Shown here piece by piece: positions 9,342-19,250 of a DNA stretch of 37,610 nucleotides. The notes below the pieces were generated by a model. It had not been told where the DNA came from, did no database searches, and was given only the letters and a program-made list of their open reading frames with translations. The stretch is from assembly GCA_001275005.1 (NCBI GenBank), contig JWZX01002199.1:1-37610 (forward strand), given 5' to 3'. The stretch's first letter is position 1. Every line of letters starts with the position of its first letter. The translations under genes were made by a program, and so were the position numbers. This DNA comes from Chrysochromulina tobinii (lineage: Eukaryota).

Positions 9342-9917
9342 TCACTTCACCAGCATCGGGCCCTTGACGGCCTCGGCTTTTTCTGCACCCGCGAGGAGTG
9401 TGATGAGCGTGAGTGCAAACTCGATGGCCGTGCCGGGTCCTCTCGAGGTGACGACCTTGCCGTCCACAATGACTCGCTCCTCGGAGTAGCGCTCTGCGAT
9501 CGTCTCCTTCATCTTGTCGGCAAAGGCAGGATGGCTCGTGGCCGAGCCTTCGCCGAGCAGACCGTGAGGCATGAGCACCACTGCCGGTGCGGCGCAGATG
9601 GCGCCATACACCTTCCCGGCTTCCTTGTGCTTCTTGAGCATAGCAATGAATGCCTCATGCTCGCCGATGGTCTTGGCGCCCGGCATGCCGCCAGGAACCG
9701 CGATGCAATCATACTCTTTGGCCTCGCAGTCAGCAATGAGCGTGTCGGCATTCAGCATGACGCCTCGGCTGCACTTGACAGTCGTCTGGCCACTCACCGA
9801 GGCGAGCGTGACGGTGATGCCCGCGCGCACGAACGTGTCGACGATGCACACGGTCTCGATCTCCTCAGAGCCGTCCGCCACCGGCACGAGCGCTGTCAGT
9901 TTTGCGGCCTCAGCCAT
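9342..9917 (-). CDS. DJ-1/PfpI family protein (YajL/ThiJ-like glyoxalase/deglycase)
   Basis: GSEEIE (conserved Glu), VPGGMPGA, nucleophile elbow AICAAP (catalytic Cys), TSRGPGTAIEFAL; 191 aa, the size of one DJ-1 domain. Confidence 0.95.
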   Translation of the reverse strand: MAEAAKLTALVPVADGSEEIETVCIVDTFVRAGITVTLASVSGQTTVKCSRGVMLNADTLIADCEAKEYDCIAVPGGMPGAKTIGEHEAFIAMLKKHKEAGKVYGAICAAPAVVLMPHGLLGEGSATSHPAFADKMKETIAERYSEERVIVDGKVVTSRGPGTAIEFALTLITLLAGAEKAEAVKGPMLVK

Positions 9918-10157
9918 CTCGACGCTGATGTCGGGACTGTCACATTTCGGCGAGGGCGAAAGACCTTGCGTAAGTGCAGAGTGTCAGGAAGAAACGCGGG
10001 GGGTGAGTGGTGGAGAGAGAAAGGGGGGGTCGGAAAGTACTAACGTTGGTCTGAGCCCACTTTGGGCCAAGCTTTTCAACCACGCGCCGTAGTGAACACC
10101 TCGCTCTGCTGTTCCACTCCCTCGAGGGCGCAGCGACACTGCTCGCGCCGAGACTCC

Positions 10158-11384
10158 ATGCTTTCAGCTCAAGCAGTTGTCCACCTCTCCTCCAGCTACC
10201 CTATCCTCCAGGTCAGGGAGACAGAGAAAGGTTCAACCTCGAAAAACATCAATGAAGCCGCGGATCTTCCTGCACCACCGCTCCAGCGGCCGATGAAGGT
10301 GCACCTGAAGCCGGCGGACCCCATCTCGGTGAGTGACTGCCTCCAGGTGCACTGCTTCCAGATCGAGGAGCGGCAGGCAGAGCGCGTGGCGGCTGTGCAA
10401 GCCGCGCGGCGGCAGCACATCGATGACATGCGGGAACTCAAGGGCCGCGTCGCAAACACGTTTGAGGAGGTGGCGGCGCGCCGCTCGTGGAACAAGCAGG
10501 TGGCCAGGGAGCAGCTGGTGCAGACGGAGGAGAAGATGCAGGCGGAGCTCGAGGCGTACAAGGACTCGCACGCGCCCACCGAGTACTGGCCATACGAGGC
10601 TGCTTCCGACAGGCGCGGCTTTGCTGTCCCACCGAAAAAGGTGTATGGTGCCGAGCTGCTCCTTGCAGCGCAGCAGAAGGCGAACGCGATGGCGCTGCAG
10701 AAGATCGCGCAGCGGCGCGGCACCACCACCACAATGCCGCTGCGCCACGAGCGACAGCTCGAGCAGGCCGCGATCGACGCCAGTACTGTACGAGAGGTGC
10801 CACCTCACCAGGTCAAGTCAGCTCACGCGGTTGCCGACCAGCGGCGACGTGAGGCGGTGGCCGCTCTGGCGGCGCAGGCCAACGATGGTAAGTTGGCGGC
10901 GGCCGAGCGATGGGAGGAGGCGCCCAACCTGAGCCGCTTTCAGCTCAAGGAGGCACAGCGCGAAATCCGCGAGAAAGCGAACAAGGAGCAGCTGCGTGAG
11001 ATCCTATCCAAGCAGATGGCGGAGAGGCAGCTGCGCGAGCTCAAGGAGCACGCGCACACGTACGGCGAGGGGCCCAACTACCAGTCGACCTTGGACCGAA
11101 TGGTAGAGAAGGCTATGGGTGCACAGCACCTCTCCCGAGACCAGCAGATACGCAACGGTCAGAAGAGACGGATGGAGCTCGAACGGGCCATTCAGGAGAA
11201 GCAGCGCGAGCGGCGCGAGCTTCGCAAGCTCGCTCAGCAGAAACAGAAGGAGATCGACGACACTGCCGCCGCGACTGAGGCGCTCATGCACGAGCGAGAC
11301 CGCATGCGCAAGGCCGAGACGCAGACCAAGATGCAGATAGACATGCTCACCGCGAACGAGCACAAGAAGCACGGGGCCAAGTGA
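10158..11384 (+). CDS. Hypothetical Q/E/R/K-rich coiled-coil protein
   Basis: Long ORF with GC3-biased codons and extended charged helical stretches; first in-frame ATG at 10158. No family recognised. Confidence 0.65.
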   Translation: MLSAQAVVHLSSSYPILQVRETEKGSTSKNINEAADLPAPPLQRPMKVHLKPADPISVSDCLQVHCFQIEERQAERVAAVQAARRQHIDDMRELKGRVANTFEEVAARRSWNKQVAREQLVQTEEKMQAELEAYKDSHAPTEYWPYEAASDRRGFAVPPKKVYGAELLLAAQQKANAMALQKIAQRRGTTTTMPLRHERQLEQAAIDASTVREVPPHQVKSAHAVADQRRREAVAALAAQANDGKLAAAERWEEAPNLSRFQLKEAQREIREKANKEQLREILSKQMAERQLRELKEHAHTYGEGPNYQSTLDRMVEKAMGAQHLSRDQQIRNGQKRRMELERAIQEKQRERRELRKLAQQKQKEIDDTAAATEALMHERDRMRKAETQTKMQIDMLTANEHKKHGAK

Positions 11385-11712
11385 CGTGAGGCACATGGAC
11401 CGATTGGAACAAGTGATGTGAGCCCCCAACACTATGAGGCAGACAGCTCTGAGTTCAGGCTGCGTGCGTGTCTCTCCCGTGTCGGTGTGGCCTTCGCCCC
11501 TCCATTGCCCATAGGCTAGAGGCTCAGTACTCGTCACTCTATAGACCACACTCTATTCGAGTTGTTGAACCGGTCGCATGACTTGACTTGGTAAGAGCTG
11601 GTCTGTTCAACACAACGCGCGCGCGCGCCCCGGACCCCCCAAGCACGAGGGCCTGGTTTGTGCCGTGGATACTACGCGCCCTTGCGGCGCGCTTTCTCCA
11701 GCACTTATACGC

Positions 11713-13914
11713 ATGATTCTATTGCTGGTGGCCGTCGTCGCCACCTCTTTAGCCGCACCCAGCACTTTTCCAGATCCACCTCCTCTCCAGCGTGCTCCGT
11801 CGGCACCGCCTCCATGCGAGGACGACCCCAATTTCTGGCAAACCGGCCTTTGGTTGCAAAAGCCGTGGAACTTCACGTGCAGAGATTGGGACGGGTACGC
11901 ATGTGCAGCTGGCGGGTACGGCATCACCGAGCCGAACGATATCGCCGCTCTCGTCAGGGCGTGCCCTCTCTCCTGCAACGACGGTCCGTGCAGTGGGGAC
12001 TCGTCGTTTAGCTACAGTGGAGAAGACCAAAGCTGGTCGCCGTCTTCGGGGCAGGCGGACGAAGGCGCGAGCGTGTGCGCGTGTCCGATTGAGTGGATCG
12101 ACGATGGCGAGTGCGATCGCCAGTGCAACGAGGCCGCGTGCTCGTGGGACGGGAACGACTGCTTCCACAGCGATACCGGCTGCTACCAACACCCGACAGG
12201 TGCAGACTACCGGGGCAATGTGAGCCATACCATCGATGGCCAGCCTTGCCAGTACTGGGAGAGCCAGTGGCCGAACACACACGATTACTCGGTCGTCAAC
12301 TATCCCGACTCCAACCTCGGCGGTCACAACCACTGCCGCAATCCCAATCCCGACGACGGCTCACAGCGGCCGTGGTGCATCGTCGACTCATTTGATGCGG
12401 TTTGGGGCTACTGTAACGTGAGCACACCGAGCACGACACCGTGCCCGAGCCCCCGGCCATGGTCGCAGCACAACCACACCGAGCTGGCTCTCAACGAGTG
12501 GCTCCATGCATCCGTATACGAGCATCGGTACGACTACTACAGCGTGCGGCTGCCGCCGCGTCTCTCTGGCTTCCAGGTGGTCGTTGTGCCTATGACGGGT
12601 GATCCCAGCCTGTTTGTGGCGTTCGATGTGCCCTTCCCCACTGGCCACAACTACACGTATAAGCAAGACGAGGCCACCCAGGTCGAGGTCTTCTACATGA
12701 CCAGTGGCACGTATGGGTACTGTGCGGCCGCCTCCGACGCGGCCACCGCCGGCTGCATGCTGTACCTCTCTGTGACTTGCCAAGAGACGTCGGATTACCA
12801 CCTCGTCGTCTTGGACACTGCGAATCCGAACGGCACAGCGTGCTCGGCGGGATGCGCTTGGAAGCAGCTCGGGGACGGCGTCTGCCAGCCGCAGTGCAAC
12901 AACAACGATTGCTTCGAGGACCGCGGCGACTGCGCGGGGAACAGCTCTGCGGTGCATTGTACGAGTGCATGCAACACTGACTGGATCAACGATGGGTACT
13001 GCGATATGCAGTGCTTCTCAGCCATGTGCGGATGGGACGGCGACGATTGTGGGGGCGTTGGCTGTGCGGACGACTGCCTCAACGGGCTGCGCGACAATGG
13101 CGAGTGCAACGCCGCATGCAACGTGGAAGCATGCGATTGGGACGGCGCCGATTGCTTCCACACTCATCACGAGTGCTACAGGCGCCCCGACGGTGCCGAC
13201 TACCGCGGCACCGTCTCCCACAGCCTGTCGGGGCAGGTCTGCCAGCGCTGGTCAGATCAGTTCCCACACGCGCACACGCGCACCCATGCCAAGTATCCGT
13301 TCGCGGGCTTGGGCGGGCACAACTTTTGCCGCAATCCGGACGGGGAAGAATCCGTCTGGTGTTACACGACGACGACCGAGGACTCAGGCTTACCTCGCTT
13401 TGAGAGATGTGATGTCGGACCACCCCGACAAACATGCCCGCCGCCGCCGCCGCCGCCGCCACCACGCGACGCCCCGCATCCTATGCCGCCGCCGCCGCCG
13501 CATCCGAGGTACCCGCCGCCCCACCCACGCCCTCCGCCTCCGGACCCGTCGCCGCCGCCGCCGCCCTCTCCGCCGCCGCCATTGCCGCCTTGCCCTGCCG
13601 AGTGCGTCGCGCTCTTCGAGCAGGGCGCCTTTTCGCACGCAAATTCGTCCGAGTGCCTCTCCCTCGAGAGTTGCGCGCCGCTGTTCCACCAGCTTGGCAA
13701 GTACATTGACGCGAAACCGTCGAGCATTCCCCTCGCGATGAGCTTCGCGTTCGGCGTCTCGATCCCGCTCGCGATGATCTGCCTGTACTGCACCCGACGC
13801 TTCCTGAGACGCTGGGGTGGCAGCAAGGGCGTCTATACCTTTGGCGAGGCGGACACTGCGGACGAAGTCGAGCTAGACGAAACGACAGACGAGGTTGTGA
13901 CAGCTGGGTTGTGA
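11713..13914 (+). CDS. Type I membrane protein with LNR (Lin12/Notch) repeats and two kringle domains
   Basis: Signal peptide MILLLVAVVATSLA. LNR pattern C..WI.DG.CD..CN...C.WDG.DC occurs once, then three times in tandem. Two kringles (GADYRG...CQ.W...HN.CRNP...WC). Polyproline stalk, TM LAMSFAFGVSIPLAMICLYC, short acidic tail. Confidence 0.9.
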   Translation: MILLLVAVVATSLAAPSTFPDPPPLQRAPSAPPPCEDDPNFWQTGLWLQKPWNFTCRDWDGYACAAGGYGITEPNDIAALVRACPLSCNDGPCSGDSSFSYSGEDQSWSPSSGQADEGASVCACPIEWIDDGECDRQCNEAACSWDGNDCFHSDTGCYQHPTGADYRGNVSHTIDGQPCQYWESQWPNTHDYSVVNYPDSNLGGHNHCRNPNPDDGSQRPWCIVDSFDAVWGYCNVSTPSTTPCPSPRPWSQHNHTELALNEWLHASVYEHRYDYYSVRLPPRLSGFQVVVVPMTGDPSLFVAFDVPFPTGHNYTYKQDEATQVEVFYMTSGTYGYCAAASDAATAGCMLYLSVTCQETSDYHLVVLDTANPNGTACSAGCAWKQLGDGVCQPQCNNNDCFEDRGDCAGNSSAVHCTSACNTDWINDGYCDMQCFSAMCGWDGDDCGGVGCADDCLNGLRDNGECNAACNVEACDWDGADCFHTHHECYRRPDGADYRGTVSHSLSGQVCQRWSDQFPHAHTRTHAKYPFAGLGGHNFCRNPDGEESVWCYTTTTEDSGLPRFERCDVGPPRQTCPPPPPPPPPRDAPHPMPPPPPHPRYPPPHPRPPPPDPSPPPPPSPPPPLPPCPAECVALFEQGAFSHANSSECLSLESCAPLFHQLGKYIDAKPSSIPLAMSFAFGVSIPLAMICLYCTRRFLRRWGGSKGVYTFGEADTADEVELDETTDEVVTAGL
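13438..13590 (+). repeat. CCG-rich polyproline-coding low-complexity tract
   Basis: Runs of CCG codons encoding PPPPPPPP...SPPPPPSPPPP in the membrane-proximal stalk. Confidence 0.85.
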
Positions 13915-14241
13915 GCGCGCGACGGCCGCGGCCAGGGGCAGGTGGCGATTGCTCATACAAGTGTACTCCGCTCGTCGAAGAAGCGTCGTAATCGTGTAAG
14001 CCAAGGCGTCCGAGGCCTTACAGTCGCCTGGAAGGCTGGATGCCGGAAACGCTCCCCGCGCGACTAGAGCTCAGTTCGTCGAAACAAAAACCGCGTAACA
14101 GGAAACAGCAAACCCGGCGGCAGCACGGTCTAATATTATAATCGGACGCCACCGGCCGGTCCGTGGACTCACGGTGTAGAGTGACTCAGGACTGTCTAGA
14201 AGGACTGTGCACTGTCGGAGAGGCGCGGGACGGGAGCTCAC

Positions 14242-15474
14242 CAGGGCATATCTTGATTCAGGAATAACTCATGAGTTAAGATCACACAGGCACTTGCATG
14301 AGGTACTTAACTCAAAGATCACAAAAGACCTTGTAACTCAAACTCAAGATCACACAACACCTCGTGACTCAAAAGACAAAGTAACTCAAGATCTCAACTC
14401 AAGATTTTGAGTCGACCACGTGTCAGGACTCAGGAGCTCCCCCCGCCGGCTTCGTCTGCCTCTTCTTTGTCCTCCTCGAGTCCCTCCCCTCCCTTGCCAC
14501 GAAAGAGCTGGAAGTACTTGGCCTTAATGGCATCACAGCTCGGCTTGAATGCAGACTTATTGCAGCCGACCACGACGAGGGTGGCAAGGTAGTCCTGGTC
14601 GATGTTCGGGTCAGTGAGCCCCCCGGCGCGTGAGAAGATCTGCTCCACGTTGGCCTTCGAAGAGCGGTCTGATCCGGAGTGTCCCTCTTCGCCCGACGGA
14701 CAGAGCGCATCATGCTCATATCGAGTTCAACATCCACGAAGCGTGCGCCGCCACTCGGCCGAGCTACGGAGTGAATGCTGGTGTACGAATACGATTGCGA
14801 AGGTGCTCAATGCTGGGCGCATGTCGATGATTGGCCTGATGACTCTCTGATACCATCGGCGTGAATGTAGGCGTGGCGACGCGACCGCTTGCTCACGGTA
14901 ATGGCCAACCCTCTCTCTCTGATCAAGCGAGGGGGTTGATGGACCAGCGCCGCGTGCGTACATCGCGCCTACCGGCTTTGAGCAGGCGCGGGAAGCCATG
15001 TCTGAGAGCGGGAGACGGTCGGAGCGGATTCGCAGGGGGCGACCTCTTCCGAGTCGGCCGCTACGTGAGCAACGGGGCAGGCGAAGTCGTGCGCGATTTC
15101 GAGAGATAAATGCGCCATTGCGTTCGTTAGACAGCACTCCTTTTCAAGGATCCTATTTCGGAAATTTTGCGGACATGTTTTGACAGGGGGCTCTTAGCTT
15201 TCGGAAGCTTTCGGGGCGGCATGTGTTAAGATCGCACGCACGCTCTGGACTACGGTCCTCGCAGGAGCGGACATGCCGTCAGCTCCGCTCTCACGAAGAC
15301 GTTTCGACAGGTTTCGTTGTGTGGGTGTAAACTTGAGTCGCGACTCAAAACTCAAGATCACAAAGGACCTCGTAACTCAAAACTCAAGATCACACAGCAC
15401 CTCTTAACTCACGACTCAAGATCACTCAGCAACTCTTAACTCAACCCAACTCATCTGAATCAAGGGATGCCCTG
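14242..15474 (-). mobile_element. Non-autonomous hAT-like DNA transposon (about 1.23 kb)
   Basis: 20-bp terminal inverted repeats: CAGGGCATATCTTGATTCAG (14242-14261) and CTGAATCAAGGGATGCCCTG (15455-15474), 18/20 matches. Arrays of AACTCAAGATCAC motifs inside both ends. Internal transposase-like remnant. No 8-bp target-site duplication visible. Confidence 0.8.
14430..14670 (-). pseudogene. Remnant of hAT transposase C-terminal dimerisation region
   Basis: SSKANVEQIFSRAGGLTDP resembles the hAT C-terminal S..ER.FS.AG motif. It is followed by an acidic tail; the upstream frame is broken. Confidence 0.6.
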
Positions 15475-15816
15475 TAGTAGCACGCGCGCGAGAGGGGAAC
15501 CGTCAACGGTCAACAGGTCGCCGTACACGGTCTGGTGCGCTACCGACTTCCGCGCACACCTGATTAAATAATTGCGCAGACAACGGTCGGTCCGCAACAG
15601 GCAACACGCAAACGCCGCGAGCGGACGCTCACCTGCTCGAGCTGTTCGACCGCGCGGATCACGCGGTCGCTTCTCGGCCTACCACGGCTACGACCGACTC
15701 ACTAATACACTAAGAACCGACGACAATTCGAGATCGAGTCCGCACTGTGTACATGACGTGAACGACCGCGCGCATGAAATTCAACCGCATTCACCACGTC
15801 CGGCCTAACATACTCA

Positions 15817-17427
15817 CTATTCTCTCTCACTCTGCGCTCCCACTCGTTGGGAGCCCCTGAGGAGGAGCTGGAGCCTTGACAAGCCGGGCATGCATGAGAT
15901 CTGGCTCTCCGTGCGTTGCATGCTGCGCACGGGCGAGGCCGGCGGATGCGGCAGCGCTAGGCCGCTCCCCACCATGCCACCCGCGCCGCCGCCGCCGGGC
16001 GTGGAGGCGTGGGGGGCGGGGCGTCGCTGCATCTCTGGCGTCGACGGCGTCAGGGGTACATCGAGCCTCAGCTCACCGCGGCTGCTGCCGCTGCCGGTGG
16101 CACCCTCATCAACCCACCATTGCATATGCGGCTCCCCCGGCCGACCGTCGGCGTCGTCGCCGCTGCTCATGCCCGTTATCCCGTGCCTACAGTACGTTGA
16201 CTCGAAAGGTGTGGTGCTGCCACCGGCGTCGCTGCCGCTGCCCACGTCGCCCGAGGGCCGGCGCGCATGCCTGGCCGCGTCGAGTAGCATGCGTTCCTCC
16301 CCGGTGGTGGGGCCCTGTATAGCGACTGTCGAGAGGGGGCGGCGCGCGGCTTGGGGTTCGCCGAGTAGGCTCGAACCTGCGCCGCCGGTACAGCTGGCGC
16401 TCGGGGCGAGCGCGCCCGTAGCGCCGCCGCTGCCGCCGTAGCGCGGCCCAATCGCCGCCAGTGCGTGATCCTCGTCGATGGACGCATTGCAGACCACAGG
16501 CGCGAGGTTGGCGGACACAGCGGTCGCGAAGTAGATGGTCTGCACGGGCGGGCGGGGCGAGGCGAGAGCCCTCTGACGCGCCTCTTCAACTGCCTGCTTT
16601 GAGAAGTGCTCCTCCTCGCCTGCGCGGTCGCGACCGTCCGCGTTATAGAAGCCCACGAGAATGAAGCGATCGCCAGAGGTCACGACGTTGCCCGCATGAC
16701 GGATGTTGCCGTCGTGCACAAGGCAGTAGCCGGGCATGGGGCGCAGCAGGAGGCCATCGACGTCGGCGGACGCAGCCGGGAAGTAGGTGCCGCCGCCCTC
16801 GAAGGCGTCCTGCGGACTTAGGCAAAGGTTGAACGTTAGAGCAGTCTCGTCCTTGTGCATCTTGAGTCCGCGCCCGCCAGGCCGGCCCGACGCCGCCGAG
16901 TAGCGCACGATGAACAGGTTGCCCGGGCGCGGATAGGGCTGCTTGTCGAAGGCGTCGCTCAGGTGCGGGTACTGCTTGCGTGCAAAAGGCAGCAGTTGCT
17001 CGCGGATCGCCCGAAACACCATGTCCTGCGATTCTTTGGACAGATTCTGAACGAGCACATCCATTGTGGGCAAGCTCACGCCGCGGTCGCTCCAGCCGAT
17101 GGCTGTACCGATGCGAATGGCATCATCCAGGAGGTTTGCCGTTTCCACCGGTGTGAACATCGGCACCACGTGAACGCACGACGTGTTTGCAGAGGGCTTC
17201 TTCCTCGCAGCTCCATCGCTTTGGAACTGCAAGGTCGTGCATGTCGTTGGCACGAAGAGAGCGGCACGCACGCGCGTGTGCGATGTGGGGCCGTCGATTT
17301 TCAGCTCTTTTACTGTCGCGCGGATCGAGAAGGAGCCACTCGTTGCGATGCGCAGCTCCGATGGCAGGTGCTGCGACTCCTTCTTACTGTCGTCCTTGCG
17401 CCGATGCCAGGGGAACCAGAGCGACAT
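15817..17427 (-). CDS. 2-oxoglutarate/Fe(II)-dependent dioxygenase (PLOD/prolyl-hydroxylase-like domain) with disordered C-terminal half
   Basis: FIVRY...LKMHKD (HxD), TFNLCL...FEGGGTYF, RHAG (distal His) and GDRFILVGF (2OG-binding Arg). First ATG is at 17427. Confidence 0.88.
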   Translation of the reverse strand: MSLWFPWHRRKDDSKKESQHLPSELRIATSGSFSIRATVKELKIDGPTSHTRVRAALFVPTTCTTLQFQSDGAARKKPSANTSCVHVVPMFTPVETANLLDDAIRIGTAIGWSDRGVSLPTMDVLVQNLSKESQDMVFRAIREQLLPFARKQYPHLSDAFDKQPYPRPGNLFIVRYSAASGRPGGRGLKMHKDETALTFNLCLSPQDAFEGGGTYFPAASADVDGLLLRPMPGYCLVHDGNIRHAGNVVTSGDRFILVGFYNADGRDRAGEEEHFSKQAVEEARQRALASPRPPVQTIYFATAVSANLAPVVCNASIDEDHALAAIGPRYGGSGGATGALAPSASCTGGAGSSLLGEPQAARRPLSTVAIQGPTTGEERMLLDAARHARRPSGDVGSGSDAGGSTTPFESTYCRHGITGMSSGDDADGRPGEPHMQWWVDEGATGSGSSRGELRLDVPLTPSTPEMQRRPAPHASTPGGGGAGGMVGSGLALPHPPASPVRSMQRTESQISCMPGLSRLQLLLRGSQRVGAQSERE

Positions 17428-17867
17428 CGTGGATGGCCTCGAGGAGGCGAGGAGCTGTTGGTGCACTGTCGCTGCAGAGCGTGGTGTAAGCGTCCTGGTA
17501 AGTGCCCCAGTCCTTCCTGACGGACGCCCCCAGGAATCCGTCGCAGAGAATCTCAACTCGGGACCTCAGCGTACAAGTTTCGTTAATTCCTTCGACAAAC
17601 GGTATCTACGCGTTGAGCATTTTCTTCAGCATTTTCTTCTGCTTGCTTGTCGCCCGTCACCATTACAATTGAAGCCAAATCACATATCACATGATATCAT
17701 TTACATGTAAATGTATCTAGACCGGCGCCCGCGGACCGGTTCCGTGTGCGCGGATGGCGTGCGGTGGGGTTTGGCCTCTGAGCAGACTGTCGTTACAATG
17801 AATCAAGTTTCGAGGTTTCGTCGCGGTTCCGGTCAGGGGGGAGCCTCGAGTTGAGCCTCGCGACACT

Positions 17868-18338
17868 ATGCTCCGCCTGTTCTCCGCGCGTGCGGCGCTG
17901 CCCGCGGCTTTCGCACGGCCAGTGGTATCGTTTCGCTCGGTGCATGTGGTCGTACGCACCAAGATACCGCCACACGTTCCCTGGTGGCCAAACGTGGGCT
18001 CCGCGCGAGTCATCGCAGCACAGCCGGGGCTCCTACAATTGCTGCCGCCACTTGAGGCACCGGGGAGGAGGCCGCGGCCCGTTGATCTCCCGGCCGCCCG
18101 AGCTGTGCTTCCCATGACTTTCGGCTCGCTCACCGACCTTGCGCTGCACATCGAGCTGCCCGCCGCAGCCTCGTCATCCGACGAGGTGATCCAGGCCATG
18201 CCGAAGCGAACCTACCAGCCTAACCGCATGAAGCGCAAGCGAAAGCATGGGTTTCTGCAGCGCATGAAAACCGTCTCTGGACGCAAGGTGCTAGAGCGAC
18301 GCCGGGCAAAGGGGCGCTGGAAGATCGCGGTCACCTAG
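17868..18338 (+). CDS. MRPL34: Nucleus-encoded organellar (probably mitochondrial) ribosomal protein bL34
   Basis: C-terminal [39 protein letters not shown] is the L34 signature (from 18198). The N-terminal extension [18 protein letters not shown] is Arg/Ala/Leu-rich like a mitochondrial presequence. Confidence 0.9.
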   Translation: MLRLFSARAALPAAFARPVVSFRSVHVVVRTKIPPHVPWWPNVGSARVIAAQPGLLQLLPPLEAPGRRPRPVDLPAARAVLPMTFGSLTDLALHIELPAAASSSDEVIQAMPKRTYQPNRMKRKRKHGFLQRMKTVSGRKVLERRRAKGRWKIAVT

Positions 18339-19250
18339 GTGATCAGTGAATACGACAACCCGTGACATGCAGACATGCACCCAGTTGCGACAGGGCTGCT
18401 TTCGGAGTCGGTGGGGCCGCGGGTGGGAGCAGCGAGGGGACGTTTGGCGGTGCAGCGGCTCATCCGCGAGGAGTGCGTGCAGCTGGCCAGCGTTCGTGGC
18501 AGACGGATGGTGCCCATTTCAACGGTAATGCACGTCCCACGGCCTGAACGGGGGGCTGCCTGTGCGTTCTTTGTGAGCTTACTTGTATTATGACGGGAGC
18601 GGACTGGACAGAGTTCGTGTCGAAAGAGATTCGCGGGGGGGGGGACCGCGACGAAACTGACTGACTGATTGATTCGCGGGTTCTAAGCAACGTATCCCGT
18701 GCAGTGTCGTAACGAAACTCAATTCGTCGAGGACGTTCATCAACGAAACATATCCAAATGGGGTTCGAAATAGAATTCTGCCGCATTGCGCGTTCATCAA
18801 GATGGAAAAAAGAACGACAGGATGCTTCATCGGGCGACCAGTTCGGCTCTTGCGGTGCACTTCACCCGAGCGATGAATTTCACCTCCGCATTCACCAGCA
18901 CCCGTCACAGATTGCGCGAACAGCTGTCAAGGCATAAGCCGACAGCGTTTGTGGCTCCACCGCCTCGCATGCTCTTGGGGCTCGGCATCGCTGGTTGTGG
19001 ACTACAAGTGGTCAAGATCTTGCGATCGACCGCTTGAGGTGGTTCAGACATGAGGACCCAGAGTGCGCCCGGTTTGAGAGACGTGCAATGTCTGGAGAGC
19101 ACATTTGCACTGCCGCTAGATGTGAGTGTGTGTGCCTCACGATTCGCATAGAAAAGATGAATACCTTCGACTTCCCTGGAGCGAGCACATCTGCGCTGCC
19201 GTTAAACGCTTTACATAATGTGTGTGCTCTACAAGTACATAATACCTTCG

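Noticed and set aside
14280..15450. AACTCAAGATCAC arrays as CRISPR repeats or LTRs
   Set aside because: They lie inside 20-bp TIRs, lack unique regular spacers, and have no TG...CA ends, PBS or PPT.
18198..18338. Bacterial rpmH indicating a prokaryotic contig
   Set aside because: It has a long in-frame presequence-like extension, no rnpA/dnaA context, and clearly eukaryotic neighbours.
18590..19250. Intergenic stretch with repeated ACGAAAC, a G run and CTGA repeats as a possible element or RNA gene
   Set aside because: I could not find paired termini, a TSD or a recognisable RNA fold.
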